64,000 nucleotides of DNA, from assembly GCA_030141605.1 (NCBI GenBank), contig JAQGDQ010000858.1, positions 1-64,000 of the forward strand. Direction: 5' to 3'. The notes beneath the pieces are model-generated. The model had not been told where the DNA came from. It was given only the letters and a program-made list of their open reading frames with translations, and did no database searches. This DNA is from Tubiluchus corallicola. Its lineage: Eukaryota > Animalia > Priapulida. Positions 52,029 through 61,390 of this stretch are shown piece by piece. Position numbers and translations under genes: made by a program. Each line of letters starts with the position of its first letter. The stretch's first letter is position 1.

Positions 52029-52168
52029 AAAACCTTTGCAAGAAAAAAGATCTTTGTTCATCTTGAGGAAAAAATGATAGCAAGCCGTGATTTACTCAAT
52101 GCAAATGAGGGCTTTAAAGAGGATTCTAACAAAAATGTTAATAACAAGATAAGTTTTACAAAGCCCTC
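52029..52168 (+). repeat. Palindromic dispersed element, copy R15
   Basis: AAAACCTTTGCAAG...GATTTACTCAATGCAAATGAGGGCTTTAAAGAGGATTCTAACAAAAATGTTAATAACAAGATAAGTTTTACAAAGCCCTC. Confidence 0.88.
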
Positions 52169-52204
52169 TCCTCCTGTTTAGCACAATACAAACCCCAATT
52201 TCAT

Positions 52205-52212
52205 TATATTTG
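52205..52212 (+). promoter_or_regulatory. -7 promoter element, likely for purL
   Basis: TATATTTG followed by CA, between R15 and R16. Confidence 0.6.
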
Positions 52213-52219
52213 CAGAATC

Positions 52220-52356
52220 AAGACCTTTGCAGGGTGAAAGATTTTAGCTCAGGTTGAAAAAATTCGATAAAAAGCTGCAGTTTACTAATGTAAATGAGGA
52301 TTTAAAGAGAATTTTGACGAGAATATTAATAACAATGTAAGCTTTGCAAAGGTCTT
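52220..52356 (+). repeat. Palindromic dispersed element, copy R16 (best-preserved ends)
   Basis: Perfect 12 bp ends AAGACCTTTGCA / TGCAAAGGTCTT; core TTCGATAAAAAGCTGCAGTTTACTAATGTAAATGAGGATTTAAAGAGAATTTTGACG. Confidence 0.93.
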
Positions 52357-52390
52357 TAATCGTTGTTTCATTTTATGCTATCCTTATATA

Positions 52391-55300
52391 ATGATTCTCT
52401 TTTTTAAAGGTTGCTCAAGCCTCATTGCTGTAGACTCTAGCAGAAAACTCAATAAAAATGAAGTCTCCAGGCTCGCATGGCTGTTTGACAGCGTGCTTCT
52501 GTCATCTTCCGACCACAAAACTCTTGACAAAAACTACATAGGGCCACGAAAGGAAATGATAACCCCATGGAGTACCAATGCCGTAGAAATAGCCAGAAAC
52601 ATGGGTTTGGAAACTATTATACGCATTGAGAAGTTTTTGCCTACAGAAACAGATGAGCCAGAATTTGACCCTATGCTACAAGACCTATATAGAGGGATAG
52701 GGCAGGATATCTTTACTGTTAGCTATAGGCCTGACCCTGTTATCGTCATTGACGATATTGCAAAATACAACTCTGACGAAGGATTAGCTCTAAGCTGTGA
52801 TGAAATCAGCTATCTCGAAGAGGTCTCAAAGAAAATAGGGAGAAAACTTACTGACAGCGAAATATTTGGATTTTCACAGGTAAACTCGGAGCACTGCCGT
52901 CATAAAATATTTAACGGAAGCTTTGTCATTGACAATAAGGAGATGCCTTACTCCCTGTTTCAGATGATAAAAAAGACTACCAATACAAACCCCAACACCA
53001 TTGTATCGGCATATAAAGACAACTGCTCATTCAGCAAAGGCCCTGTCTCTAGCCAATTTGCACCTCACAGCCATGACAAATCTGACTACTTTGAAATAAC
53101 AGATATTAACACTGTACTATCCCTGAAAGCAGAAACCCATAATTTCCCCACCACTGTTGAACCTTTTAATGGTGCTTCTACTGGAACAGGTGGAGAAATT
53201 CGCGATCGTATGGCAGGAGGAAAAGGGAGCTTCCCTGTTGCCGGCACAGCAGTATACATGACATCTTATCCACGAACAGACGAAAATCGCAAGTGGGAAC
53301 AAGCTATCACCCCACGCCCATGGCTCTATCAGACACCAGAAGAGATACTTATAAAAGCATCAAATGGAGCATCCGACTTTGGAAACAAGTTTGGGCAGCC
53401 ACTAATAAATGGCTCTCTGCTAACATTTGAACACATAGAAAATGGGAAACAGTTTGGATACGATAAAGTGATAATGCTTGCCGGAGGCATTGGATATGGC
53501 AAAATAGAAGACAGCCTGAAAAGCACTCCTTCAAATGGAGACAAAATTGTATTACTGGGTGGCGACAACTATCGTATTGGAATGGGAGGGGGAGCTGTCT
53601 CATCTGTCGATACGGGAGAATATGAAAGCCACATTGAGCTAAATGCAGTTCAACGTGCAAACCCGGAGATGCAAAAGAGGGCATACAACACTATAAGAGC
53701 ACTGGCTGAAAGCAGTAAAAATCCAATTATCTCAATTCACGATCACGGAGCAGGAGGACACCTCAACTGCTTGTCAGAATTGGTAGAAGAGACAGGAGGC
53801 AAAATATATATCGACAAACTCCCAATAGGAGACCCAACACTATCTGCAAAAGAGATCGTTGGTAACGAATCTCAGGAGCGAATGGGAATGGTAGTCCACA
53901 AAAAAGACCTACCACTGGTAGAACGAATTGCAGAGCGGGAGCGCTCTCCCGTATATACTGTGGGTGAAATAACAGACGACAGCATATTTACCTTTGTGAA
54001 CAGGGAAAATGGAGAAAAACCTATAAACTGGGAATTGGAATACATGTTTGGCAAGCCACCAAAAACATTGCTGGAGGACAAAACCATTGATGAAAAATAT
54101 CTCGATCCTGAATATAGCAAAAATAAAATCCCCAACTATATAGAAGCTGTTCTCCAGCTGGAATCTGTAGCATGTAAAGACTGGCTTACCAATAAAGTAG
54201 ACCGCTCCGTAACCGGGAAAATTGCCAAACAGCAGTGTGCCGGAGAATTACAACTTCCGTTAAACAACCTCGGTGTTGTGGCAGTTGGTTATCAAGGAAA
54301 TGAGGGTGTCGCATCCTCAATAGGACACGCCCCCGTCGCAGGGCTTATTAATGCTGCACACGGCTCTGTGCTATCTATTGCTGAAGCATTGACAAACATT
54401 ATATGGGCTCCTCTAACACACAAGATAAAAGGTATATCTCTATCTGCCAACTGGATGTGGCCGGCCAAAAATCCCGGAGAAAACTCCCGCCTCTACAAAG
54501 CAGTTGAAGCTGCATCCGAATTTGCGTGCACCCTGGGGATAAACATTCCTACCGGGAAAGATTCGCTCTCTATGACACAAAAATATAAAGACAAAGTAGT
54601 CTACTCCCCCGGAACAGTAATCATATCTGCATCAGGAGAGGTTCGCGATATTAGAAAAACCGTTGAACCTGTCGTTAAAAATGACCCTCTAAAACCACTT
54701 TACTATATTGACTTCTCTAAATCGCCTAAAACCCTGGGAGGAAGCTCACTTGCTCAAACAATGAACAGATTAGGGCAAGAGTGCCCCACCGTATCAGACA
54801 CCAGGTATTTTGCTGACGCATTTAACACTATACAATGCTCTATTGAAAAAGGGCATGTCGCTGCAGGGCACGATATTTCGGCAGGAGGAATCCTTACCAC
54901 ACTGCTGGAAATGTGTTTTGCAAACAGTATCGGGGGGTTGGAACTTGACCTGACAAGTCTTGGAGAAAAAGACAGCGTAAAACTTCTGTTTAGTGAAAAC
55001 CCGGGTATAGTTGTACAGGCAGAAAACCAAGAAGAACTTGAAAAATCTTTGACCTCCGGAGGAATAGACTTTGTAAATATTGGCACTACCATAAGAGAGA
55101 GAGTCGTGAAAATAAAAAATGGCGACGACTCATTCAACTTTAATATTGATAGCCTGCGTAGCCTGTGGTTTAAACCCTCATACCTTCTGGACAGAAAGCA
55201 GAGCGGTGACAAGCATGCCTTAGAGCGCTTTAATAACTACAAAAACAACAAATTAGAATTTAACTTTAACTCGTTCACTGGGAAATTTACTGATCAGGGT

Positions 55301-56083
55301 ATCGATCCGGCAAGACGCAAGTCAGCAGGAATAAAATCTGCTATTATTCGTGAAAAGGGTGTAAACGGTGACAGAGAAATGGCGTGGAGCATGTACCTGG
55401 CAGGTATGGATGTAAAAGATGTTCATATGACCGATCTTATAAGTGGGAAAGAGACCCTTGAAGATATAAATATGATAGTATTTGTGGGAGGCTTCTCAAA
55501 CTCTGACGTACCCAAATCGGCAAAAGGATGGGCAGGAGCGTTTAAATATAATGACAAAGCGCGCACAACCCTGGAAAAATTTTACAGGCGTGAAGACACA
55601 CTGAGCCTGGGAGTATGCAATGGCTGTCAGCTTATGGCAGAACTTAACCTTATCTATCCTGGTGAGCAAGAAAAAGTAAAAATGAGACATAACGACTCTC
55701 ATAAATTTGAATCATCCTTTGTGAATGTTGACATTCTGCAAAACAACTCAGTGATGCTAAAATCTCTTGCAGGTATGCGCCTGGGTATATGGGTGGCTCA
55801 TGGAGAGGGGAAATTTGACTTGCCCGAAAGCATGGATAAATATAACATACCAGTCAAGTACTCGTACAACAACTACCCCGGTAACCCAAATGGCTCATCA
55901 TATAACACTGCTGCTATATGCTCAAACAACGGCCGCCACCTTGCCATAATGCCTCATCTGGAAAGAGCTATTTATCCATGGCAATGGGGATTTTACCCAT
56001 CATCTTCCGGGAATAGCAATGAAATAACTCCGTGGATAGAGGCGTTTGTAAACGCAAAAAAATGGATAGAAGCAAGAACATAA
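52391..56083 (+). CDS. purL: Phosphoribosylformylglycinamidine synthase (large PurL)
   Basis: 1230 aa; QVNSEHCRHKIFN, KAETHNFPT, GEIRD, SIHDHGAGG, NESQERM, GKDSLSM, LGVCNGCQ, AHGEG, MPHLER. Confidence 0.98.
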   Translation: MILFFKGCSSLIAVDSSRKLNKNEVSRLAWLFDSVLLSSSDHKTLDKNYIGPRKEMITPWSTNAVEIARNMGLETIIRIEKFLPTETDEPEFDPMLQDLYRGIGQDIFTVSYRPDPVIVIDDIAKYNSDEGLALSCDEISYLEEVSKKIGRKLTDSEIFGFSQVNSEHCRHKIFNGSFVIDNKEMPYSLFQMIKKTTNTNPNTIVSAYKDNCSFSKGPVSSQFAPHSHDKSDYFEITDINTVLSLKAETHNFPTTVEPFNGASTGTGGEIRDRMAGGKGSFPVAGTAVYMTSYPRTDENRKWEQAITPRPWLYQTPEEILIKASNGASDFGNKFGQPLINGSLLTFEHIENGKQFGYDKVIMLAGGIGYGKIEDSLKSTPSNGDKIVLLGGDNYRIGMGGGAVSSVDTGEYESHIELNAVQRANPEMQKRAYNTIRALAESSKNPIISIHDHGAGGHLNCLSELVEETGGKIYIDKLPIGDPTLSAKEIVGNESQERMGMVVHKKDLPLVERIAERERSPVYTVGEITDDSIFTFVNRENGEKPINWELEYMFGKPPKTLLEDKTIDEKYLDPEYSKNKIPNYIEAVLQLESVACKDWLTNKVDRSVTGKIAKQQCAGELQLPLNNLGVVAVGYQGNEGVASSIGHAPVAGLINAAHGSVLSIAEALTNIIWAPLTHKIKGISLSANWMWPAKNPGENSRLYKAVEAASEFACTLGINIPTGKDSLSMTQKYKDKVVYSPGTVIISASGEVRDIRKTVEPVVKNDPLKPLYYIDFSKSPKTLGGSSLAQTMNRLGQECPTVSDTRYFADAFNTIQCSIEKGHVAAGHDISAGGILTTLLEMCFANSIGGLELDLTSLGEKDSVKLLFSENPGIVVQAENQEELEKSLTSGGIDFVNIGTTIRERVVKIKNGDDSFNFNIDSLRSLWFKPSYLLDRKQSGDKHALERFNNYKNNKLEFNFNSFTGKFTDQGIDPARRKSAGIKSAIIREKGVNGDREMAWSMYLAGMDVKDVHMTDLISGKETLEDINMIVFVGGFSNSDVPKSAKGWAGAFKYNDKARTTLEKFYRREDTLSLGVCNGCQLMAELNLIYPGEQEKVKMRHNDSHKFESSFVNVDILQNNSVMLKSLAGMRLGIWVAHGEGKFDLPESMDKYNIPVKYSYNNYPGNPNGSSYNTAAICSNNGRHLAIMPHLERAIYPWQWGFYPSSSGNSNEITPWIEAFVNAKKWIEART

Positions 56084-56092
56084 AAACCGGCT

Positions 56093-56158
56093 GAACTTTC
56101 TCTACAAAATCAAAAAACTTCGACCTAAACTGCAAAAAAACCTGAAGAAAGCACAACT
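56093..56158 (+). repeat. Heavily decayed left half of the palindromic element (R17)
   Basis: CTCTACAAAATCAAAAAACTTCGACCTAAACTGCAAAAAAACCTGAAGAAAGCACAAC resembles the consensus left half, largely via G>A and T>C changes. Confidence 0.4.
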
Positions 56159-56166
56159 GAAAGCCT

Positions 56167-57096
56167 TTAAGTCCGAAATAGAAAATCAATATTTCTCCTT
56201 AACCTTTTGTACCCTAAATGCTCAATAGCTGTACCCGCAAAAAGTTTCTTAAACGTTGGCTTATCCAGCTCTTGCCACTCCGTAGGCGGCATCTCAATAA
56301 AATCTCCTGGACTAAAATCAGGTATATTGCAGGGATTAGCTCTCCTATTCCATGGGCACACATCCTGACATATATCACAGCCAAAAACACGATTCTTCAA
56401 CTTACCGCAAAACTCACCCGGAATCTCACTCTTATGCCCTATAGTAATATACGAAATACACTTTCTGGAATCTATTCTTCGTGGAGAAACAATTGCTCCC
56501 GTAGGACACTCATCAATACACCTAGTACAACTCCCGCAGCGCTCCTCCTCAAACGGCATATCATACTCCAACTCAATATCCAGTACCAACTCCCCGATAA
56601 ATACCCATGAACCATACTTAGGAGATATCAGCATTGAATTTTTACCAATCCACCCCAAACCCGCCTTCCTTGCCCAGACTCTGTCAAGTACAGGCGCAGA
56701 ATCAACAAACGGTCGCCCAACACAACAAGCCACCTCCCTGTTTACAAAATCAAAAAGCCTGTTTAACCTGTCTTTCACAATGTAATGATAGTCCTTCCCC
56801 AAAGCATACTTCGCCACTACAGGAGTATTTGCTTTAACCTGCCTTCGTGACGGAAAATAGTTAAGAAGAACGGAGACCACAGAACGTGCATTATCCACCA
56901 GCTTCCCAGGATCCAACCTCTTTTCAAAATGATTGACCATATACCCCATCTCTCCATACATCCCATCATCCAACCACCTCTTCAGACGCGGCATTTCCTC
57001 TGCTAAATAGTGGACAGGGGCAATACCACAATCAGAAAAACCAAGCCTAATCGCTTCGTCTTTTATAAGCTTACTATAACCTGCCTTTTTACTCAA
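56167..57096 (-). CDS. queG: tRNA epoxyqueuosine(34) reductase
   Basis: YALGKDYH, FVDSAPVLDR, AGLGWIGKN, CGSCTRCIDECPTGAI, CISY, FGCDICQDVCPWN. Confidence 0.96.
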   Translation of the reverse strand: MSKKAGYSKLIKDEAIRLGFSDCGIAPVHYLAEEMPRLKRWLDDGMYGEMGYMVNHFEKRLDPGKLVDNARSVVSVLLNYFPSRRQVKANTPVVAKYALGKDYHYIVKDRLNRLFDFVNREVACCVGRPFVDSAPVLDRVWARKAGLGWIGKNSMLISPKYGSWVFIGELVLDIELEYDMPFEEERCGSCTRCIDECPTGAIVSPRRIDSRKCISYITIGHKSEIPGEFCGKLKNRVFGCDICQDVCPWNRRANPCNIPDFSPGDFIEMPPTEWQELDKPTFKKLFAGTAIEHLGYKRLRRNIDFLFRT

Positions 57097-57164
57097 AAAC
57101 CTCTGTTTTTTTAACTAACAACAAAAAAACACACTCTGCACAGCAAGGACAGCCCACCAAGCAC

Positions 57165-57467
57165 TCAAAAACCCAACTCTAACCTTGCATCTTCAGACAT
57201 CATAGACCTATCCCAGGGAGGATCAAAAGTCAGATCTATATCACACCCTTTAATGTCAGTAACCTGCTTAACAGCACACTCCACATCACTTACTATCATA
57301 TCAGCAACAGGACAACCGGGAGCAGTCAACGTCATCACCACTTTCACAACATCTTTATCGTCAATATCCACACTATATATCAATCCAAGATCATATACAT
57401 TTACCGGTATTTCAGGATCAAAAACCTGTTTAAGCTGATCAATTACCTTATCTATCCTTTCATCCAT
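57165..57467 (-). CDS. DUF59/SufT-like Fe-S cluster assembly protein
   Basis: DPEIPVNVYDLGLIY, MTLTAPGCP, FDPPW..SMMSEDARLELG. Confidence 0.92.
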   Translation of the reverse strand: MDERIDKVIDQLKQVFDPEIPVNVYDLGLIYSVDIDDKDVVKVVMTLTAPGCPVADMIVSDVECAVKQVTDIKGCDIDLTFDPPWDRSMMSEDARLELGF

Positions 57468-57509
57468 AACTATAAAATTACTACCTGTCCTATATCTTTT
57501 ATATCAACT

Positions 57510-57944
57510 TTACCCATTGCCTTTCCCTGCAATTTTGCTATACGCTAAAGCATAAAGCTTCATCTGCTTTACCATTGACAATAATCCGTTTGAACGGGTT
57601 GGGGAAAGGTGCTGCGTTAGCCCCACACTATCTATAAAATGTGGTTTCGAATCAAGCACCTCCTTTGGAGTACGACCAGAATACACTCTCAATAATAAAG
57701 CAATAAGCCCCTTCACAATCAAAGAGTCGCTATCGGCTTCAAAAACAATCCTACCGCCAGACAACTCCTGGTGCAGCCACACCTTCGACTGACATCCCCT
57801 GATAAGGTTTTCATCAACCTTATACTGAAGAGCAATACCAGGGAGTTCATTACCCAACTCAATGATATATGAATACTTATCCATCCACTCTTCAAAAGTG
57901 GCAAACTCCTCTACTATCTCCTGTTGAACCTCATCAATAGTCAT
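57510..57944 (-). CDS. sufE: Sulfur acceptor SufE
   Basis: IRGCQSKVW, ADSDSLIVKGL, HLSPTRSNGL. Confidence 0.95.
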   Translation of the reverse strand: MTIDEVQQEIVEEFATFEEWMDKYSYIIELGNELPGIALQYKVDENLIRGCQSKVWLHQELSGGRIVFEADSDSLIVKGLIALLLRVYSGRTPKEVLDSKPHFIDSVGLTQHLSPTRSNGLLSMVKQMKLYALAYSKIAGKGNG

Positions 57945-57968
57945 TCTGATTAGAATTTAGTATAAAAA

Positions 57969-59189
57969 TTAAAACATCCCTTTTATCCTTAAAATGGCAT
58001 CATATAATATATCAGCCTCTTCGTAAGTATTGTAAAATGCAAATGACGCCCTCAAAACGCCCGACACTCCGAAATGGTCCATAGTAGGATCAGCGCAAAG
58101 ACGACCAGAACGAACAGCAATACCCATTTGGTCAAGTAAGGTGTTAATATCGAAAAAATGTATTCCCTCAACAGAAAACGAAACACACCCTGCCTTTTCC
58201 GGAGTATCCCCATATATACGCAGACCCTCTACTCCTTTAAGCTTTGCAGTTGCATACTCCAGCAAACTCAGCTCATAATCATGTATGTCTTTCGAACTGA
58301 AACGCCCTAAATACCTGATAGCCTCACCCAAACCTATAAGTCCGATATAATTCGGCGTACCCGGCTCAAACTTCAAGGGGATATCATTAAAAGTTGTACC
58401 CGAAAAACTCACACTATCTACCATCTCACCTCCGCCCATAAAAGGTGGCATTTTCTCAAGCCACTTCCTCTTGCCATACAAAATACCGACCCCTGTAGGT
58501 GCATACATCTTGTGTCCAGAAAAAACATAAAAATCACAATCCAAGCTCTGCACATCAACTGGGAGATGCACTATTCCCTGTGCTCCATCAATAAGAACAG
58601 GCACCCCTTGCCTATGTGCTATATCTATGACTTTACCAATAGGATTCACCACCCCCAGTGCATTCGACATATGAGCCACCGCAACAAGTCTCGTCCTATC
58701 AGAAATTAACGCATCAAGCTGCTCTACCTGAAGCATTCCGGTATCATCAAAGGGCAGCACCTTAACTTTTGCCCGCTTACGCTCACACAACATCTGCCAT
58801 GGGACAATATTGGCATGATGCTCCATCTCAGAAACAATTACCTCATCGCCTTCACCAATAAAAGCCTCACCAAATGAGTTTGCAACAAGATTTATAGACT
58901 CAGTTGCACCATGAGTTACCACTACCTCACAACTCTCTTTGGCATTTAAAAAATCGCGCACCAGATCCCGCGACTCTTCATAAGCCGCAGTCGTTCTGTC
59001 TGCTAAATAATGTGTTGCGCGGTGTATATTAGAATTTATCTCCTGGTAGGTCCTCCTTATACTGTCAAGCACTTGCAAAGGCTTCTGTGTCGTAGCAGCA
59101 TTGTCAAGATATACCAAACGCTTCCCACCTATACCCTCAGCAAGAATGGGAAACTCTTTACGTATTTCCGAAATGTTGATATCCTTCAT
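57969..59189 (-). CDS. sufS: Cysteine desulfurase SufS
   Basis: YLDNAATTQKP, EHHANIVPW, DGAQ, FSGHKMYAPTG, RSGRLCA. Confidence 0.95.
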   Translation of the reverse strand: MKDINISEIRKEFPILAEGIGGKRLVYLDNAATTQKPLQVLDSIRRTYQEINSNIHRATHYLADRTTAAYEESRDLVRDFLNAKESCEVVVTHGATESINLVANSFGEAFIGEGDEVIVSEMEHHANIVPWQMLCERKRAKVKVLPFDDTGMLQVEQLDALISDRTRLVAVAHMSNALGVVNPIGKVIDIAHRQGVPVLIDGAQGIVHLPVDVQSLDCDFYVFSGHKMYAPTGVGILYGKRKWLEKMPPFMGGGEMVDSVSFSGTTFNDIPLKFEPGTPNYIGLIGLGEAIRYLGRFSSKDIHDYELSLLEYATAKLKGVEGLRIYGDTPEKAGCVSFSVEGIHFFDINTLLDQMGIAVRSGRLCADPTMDHFGVSGVLRASFAFYNTYEEADILYDAILRIKGMF

Positions 59190-59219
59190 CCTACACTTAC
59201 CTCTTTAAAAAAACACCTC

Positions 59220-60587
59220 TCAACGATCGCAACGTATTGCACATGAATGGCACTCCAAAACTTCACCACGTAGGCGTTTGTCAACCAAATGATCAATACA
59301 CTCACGCAAAGGAGGAACGTTGATTGCCTGTAGCACCTCATGAGCAAAAGCAAACATAAGCATCAACCTGGCTTCCTGCTCCGAAATACCTCTGGACTTA
59401 AGATAAAACAGTGCATTATTATCAATACGCCCAACCGTTGCCCCGTGAGAACACTTCACATCATCATTATCAATAACCAACTGTGGCTTTGTATTCATGC
59501 GGGCGCTCTTCGTCAAAAGAACACTATTATTCCTTTGAAAAGCCTCCGTCTTTTGCGCTTTCTCCACAACGTGGATGCGCCCCGTAAAAGCTCCCGATGA
59601 CACATCATCAAGAATACTCTTATATAGCTGGTTACTCCGACAATCTGGGCGATTATGCTTTATAAACGTAAAACTATCTACATGCTGCTCCCTATCTGTT
59701 AGAGACAGCCCATAAGCATTTGTCTTGGCATGCTCTCCATCAAGGAGTACACTAAGGCTGTTACGCACAACTCCGCCATGTAGTGTAACTGTATTAGAGA
59801 GAAACTCCGAATCTCTTTCCTGACTTACAAACAGTCCGTTAAAACTTATCGTATTATTGTGTTGATTCTGTATAGTATATATCTCCAGTAACGAATCTTT
59901 ATCAACCACAGCCTCAGATAGGTTATTCACAATAAAATTGTGCGGAGCAATGGTGTGGTCACAAAACAGCAACTTAACATGACTGTTCTTGCCTGTAACA
60001 AACAAATTGCGCTGCGTCGCATATAAACTATCGTCTCCACTCAGAAGATTTACCACCTGTATAGGCTTATCTACTAAAACATTATCAGGCACATACACAA
60101 ATATCCCATCCTGTGAAAATGCTGTATTTAATGCAACTATCGCATCCTTTTCGGGATTAGCAATATTGCCATAATACCTATCTAGCAAATCCTTATTCTC
60201 AATAGCCGCCTGCTTCATACTTTTAACAAGCACCTTATCAGGAAGACCATTCAACCTCTGATTTCGCGCGTAGTACCAGCCATTTATCAAAAGCACCAAA
60301 TGAGTATCTAGCTCCGGCACATCGCAGCTGAAAACATCATACAAGTCAACCTCCGCCTTCTCGTACGCAAACACTCTTCTATAACTTTCGCTACTGAAAA
60401 TCCCGGATAAATCCGTGTACTTATAATTCTCAGACTTAGCCCCGGGGATACCCTGCCTCATAAATGCCTCAATAGCAGCATCGCGCTTCTCATTCAATAC
60501 ACCTGCAGAATTCTCTTCTATAACCTTACGATTCGCAAAAAAAAGGTCGGATAACCGATTACCAATATCATCTGTTGACTGTAACAT
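59220..60587 (-). CDS. sufD: Fe-S cluster assembly protein SufD
   Basis: ENYKYT, ALNTAF, FTGRIHV...AQKT, KPQL.I..DDVKCSHGATVG, LFYLKSRGI. Confidence 0.94.
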   Translation of the reverse strand: MLQSTDDIGNRLSDLFFANRKVIEENSAGVLNEKRDAAIEAFMRQGIPGAKSENYKYTDLSGIFSSESYRRVFAYEKAEVDLYDVFSCDVPELDTHLVLLINGWYYARNQRLNGLPDKVLVKSMKQAAIENKDLLDRYYGNIANPEKDAIVALNTAFSQDGIFVYVPDNVLVDKPIQVVNLLSGDDSLYATQRNLFVTGKNSHVKLLFCDHTIAPHNFIVNNLSEAVVDKDSLLEIYTIQNQHNNTISFNGLFVSQERDSEFLSNTVTLHGGVVRNSLSVLLDGEHAKTNAYGLSLTDREQHVDSFTFIKHNRPDCRSNQLYKSILDDVSSGAFTGRIHVVEKAQKTEAFQRNNSVLLTKSARMNTKPQLVIDNDDVKCSHGATVGRIDNNALFYLKSRGISEQEARLMLMFAFAHEVLQAINVPPLRECIDHLVDKRLRGEVLECHSCAIRCDR

Positions 60588-60590
60588 TAC

Positions 60591-61343
60591 CTACTCTCCT
60601 ATCTCTTTCTTGATCCAGTCATACCCTCTCTCTTCCAACTGGAGCGCAAGCTCTCTGCCTGCTGATTTCACAATGCGTCCATTATACAGCACATGCACAT
60701 AATCGGGGACAATATAATCGAGCAGCCGCTGATAATGTGTCACAACAATCGTTGCATTAGACTCACTCTTTAGTGCATTCACACCATTTGCAACTATTCG
60801 TAAAGCATCAATATCCAGTCCCGAATCTGTCTCGTCAAGAATCGATAATTTGGGCTCGAGCATAGCCATTTGAAATATTTCATTTTTTTTCTTCTCCCCT
60901 CCAGAAAACCCTTCGTTAACAGAACGATTGGTAAGCTGTGAATCAATCTCAACAAGCTGCTTCTTCTCTCGCATCAACTTGAGAAAATCGCTTGACGAAA
61001 GCTCCTCTCTACCCTGATACTTACGATGCTCATTTACCGCCGTTTTCAAAAAATTAACCATGCTTACTCCGGGTATCTCCACAGGATACTGAAAACTAAG
61101 GAACAACCCCTCCTTTGACCTCACATCCGCACTCATACTAAAAAGATCCTTCCCATTAAAAACAACCTCTCCCTTCGTAACCTCAAAACTATCGTGCCCC
61201 GCTAAAACATTAGCCAGAGTACTCTTACCCGAACCATTAGGCCCCATTATGGCATGAATCTCACCCGCCTTAACAGAAAGACTTATTCCCCTTAATATCT
61301 CCTTACCCTCTACCTTTGCATGTAAATTATTAATTACTAACAT
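60591..61343 (-). CDS. sufC: Fe-S cluster assembly ATPase SufC
   Basis: MGPNGSGKST, FQYPVEIPGV, RSVNEGFSGGEKK, LDETDSGLDIDAL, THYQRLL. Confidence 0.97.
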   Translation of the reverse strand: MLVINNLHAKVEGKEILRGISLSVKAGEIHAIMGPNGSGKSTLANVLAGHDSFEVTKGEVVFNGKDLFSMSADVRSKEGLFLSFQYPVEIPGVSMVNFLKTAVNEHRKYQGREELSSSDFLKLMREKKQLVEIDSQLTNRSVNEGFSGGEKKKNEIFQMAMLEPKLSILDETDSGLDIDALRIVANGVNALKSESNATIVVTHYQRLLDYIVPDYVHVLYNGRIVKSAGRELALQLEERGYDWIKKEIGE

Positions 61344-61390
61344 ACCTTACATCAGAAACTTAACTATAACAAATATCACTACACCTTACT

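Noticed and set aside
4051-52356. Repeated units as a CRISPR array
   Set aside because: Copies are dispersed, 130-143 bp, diverged and not separated by regular spacers; no cas genes are present.
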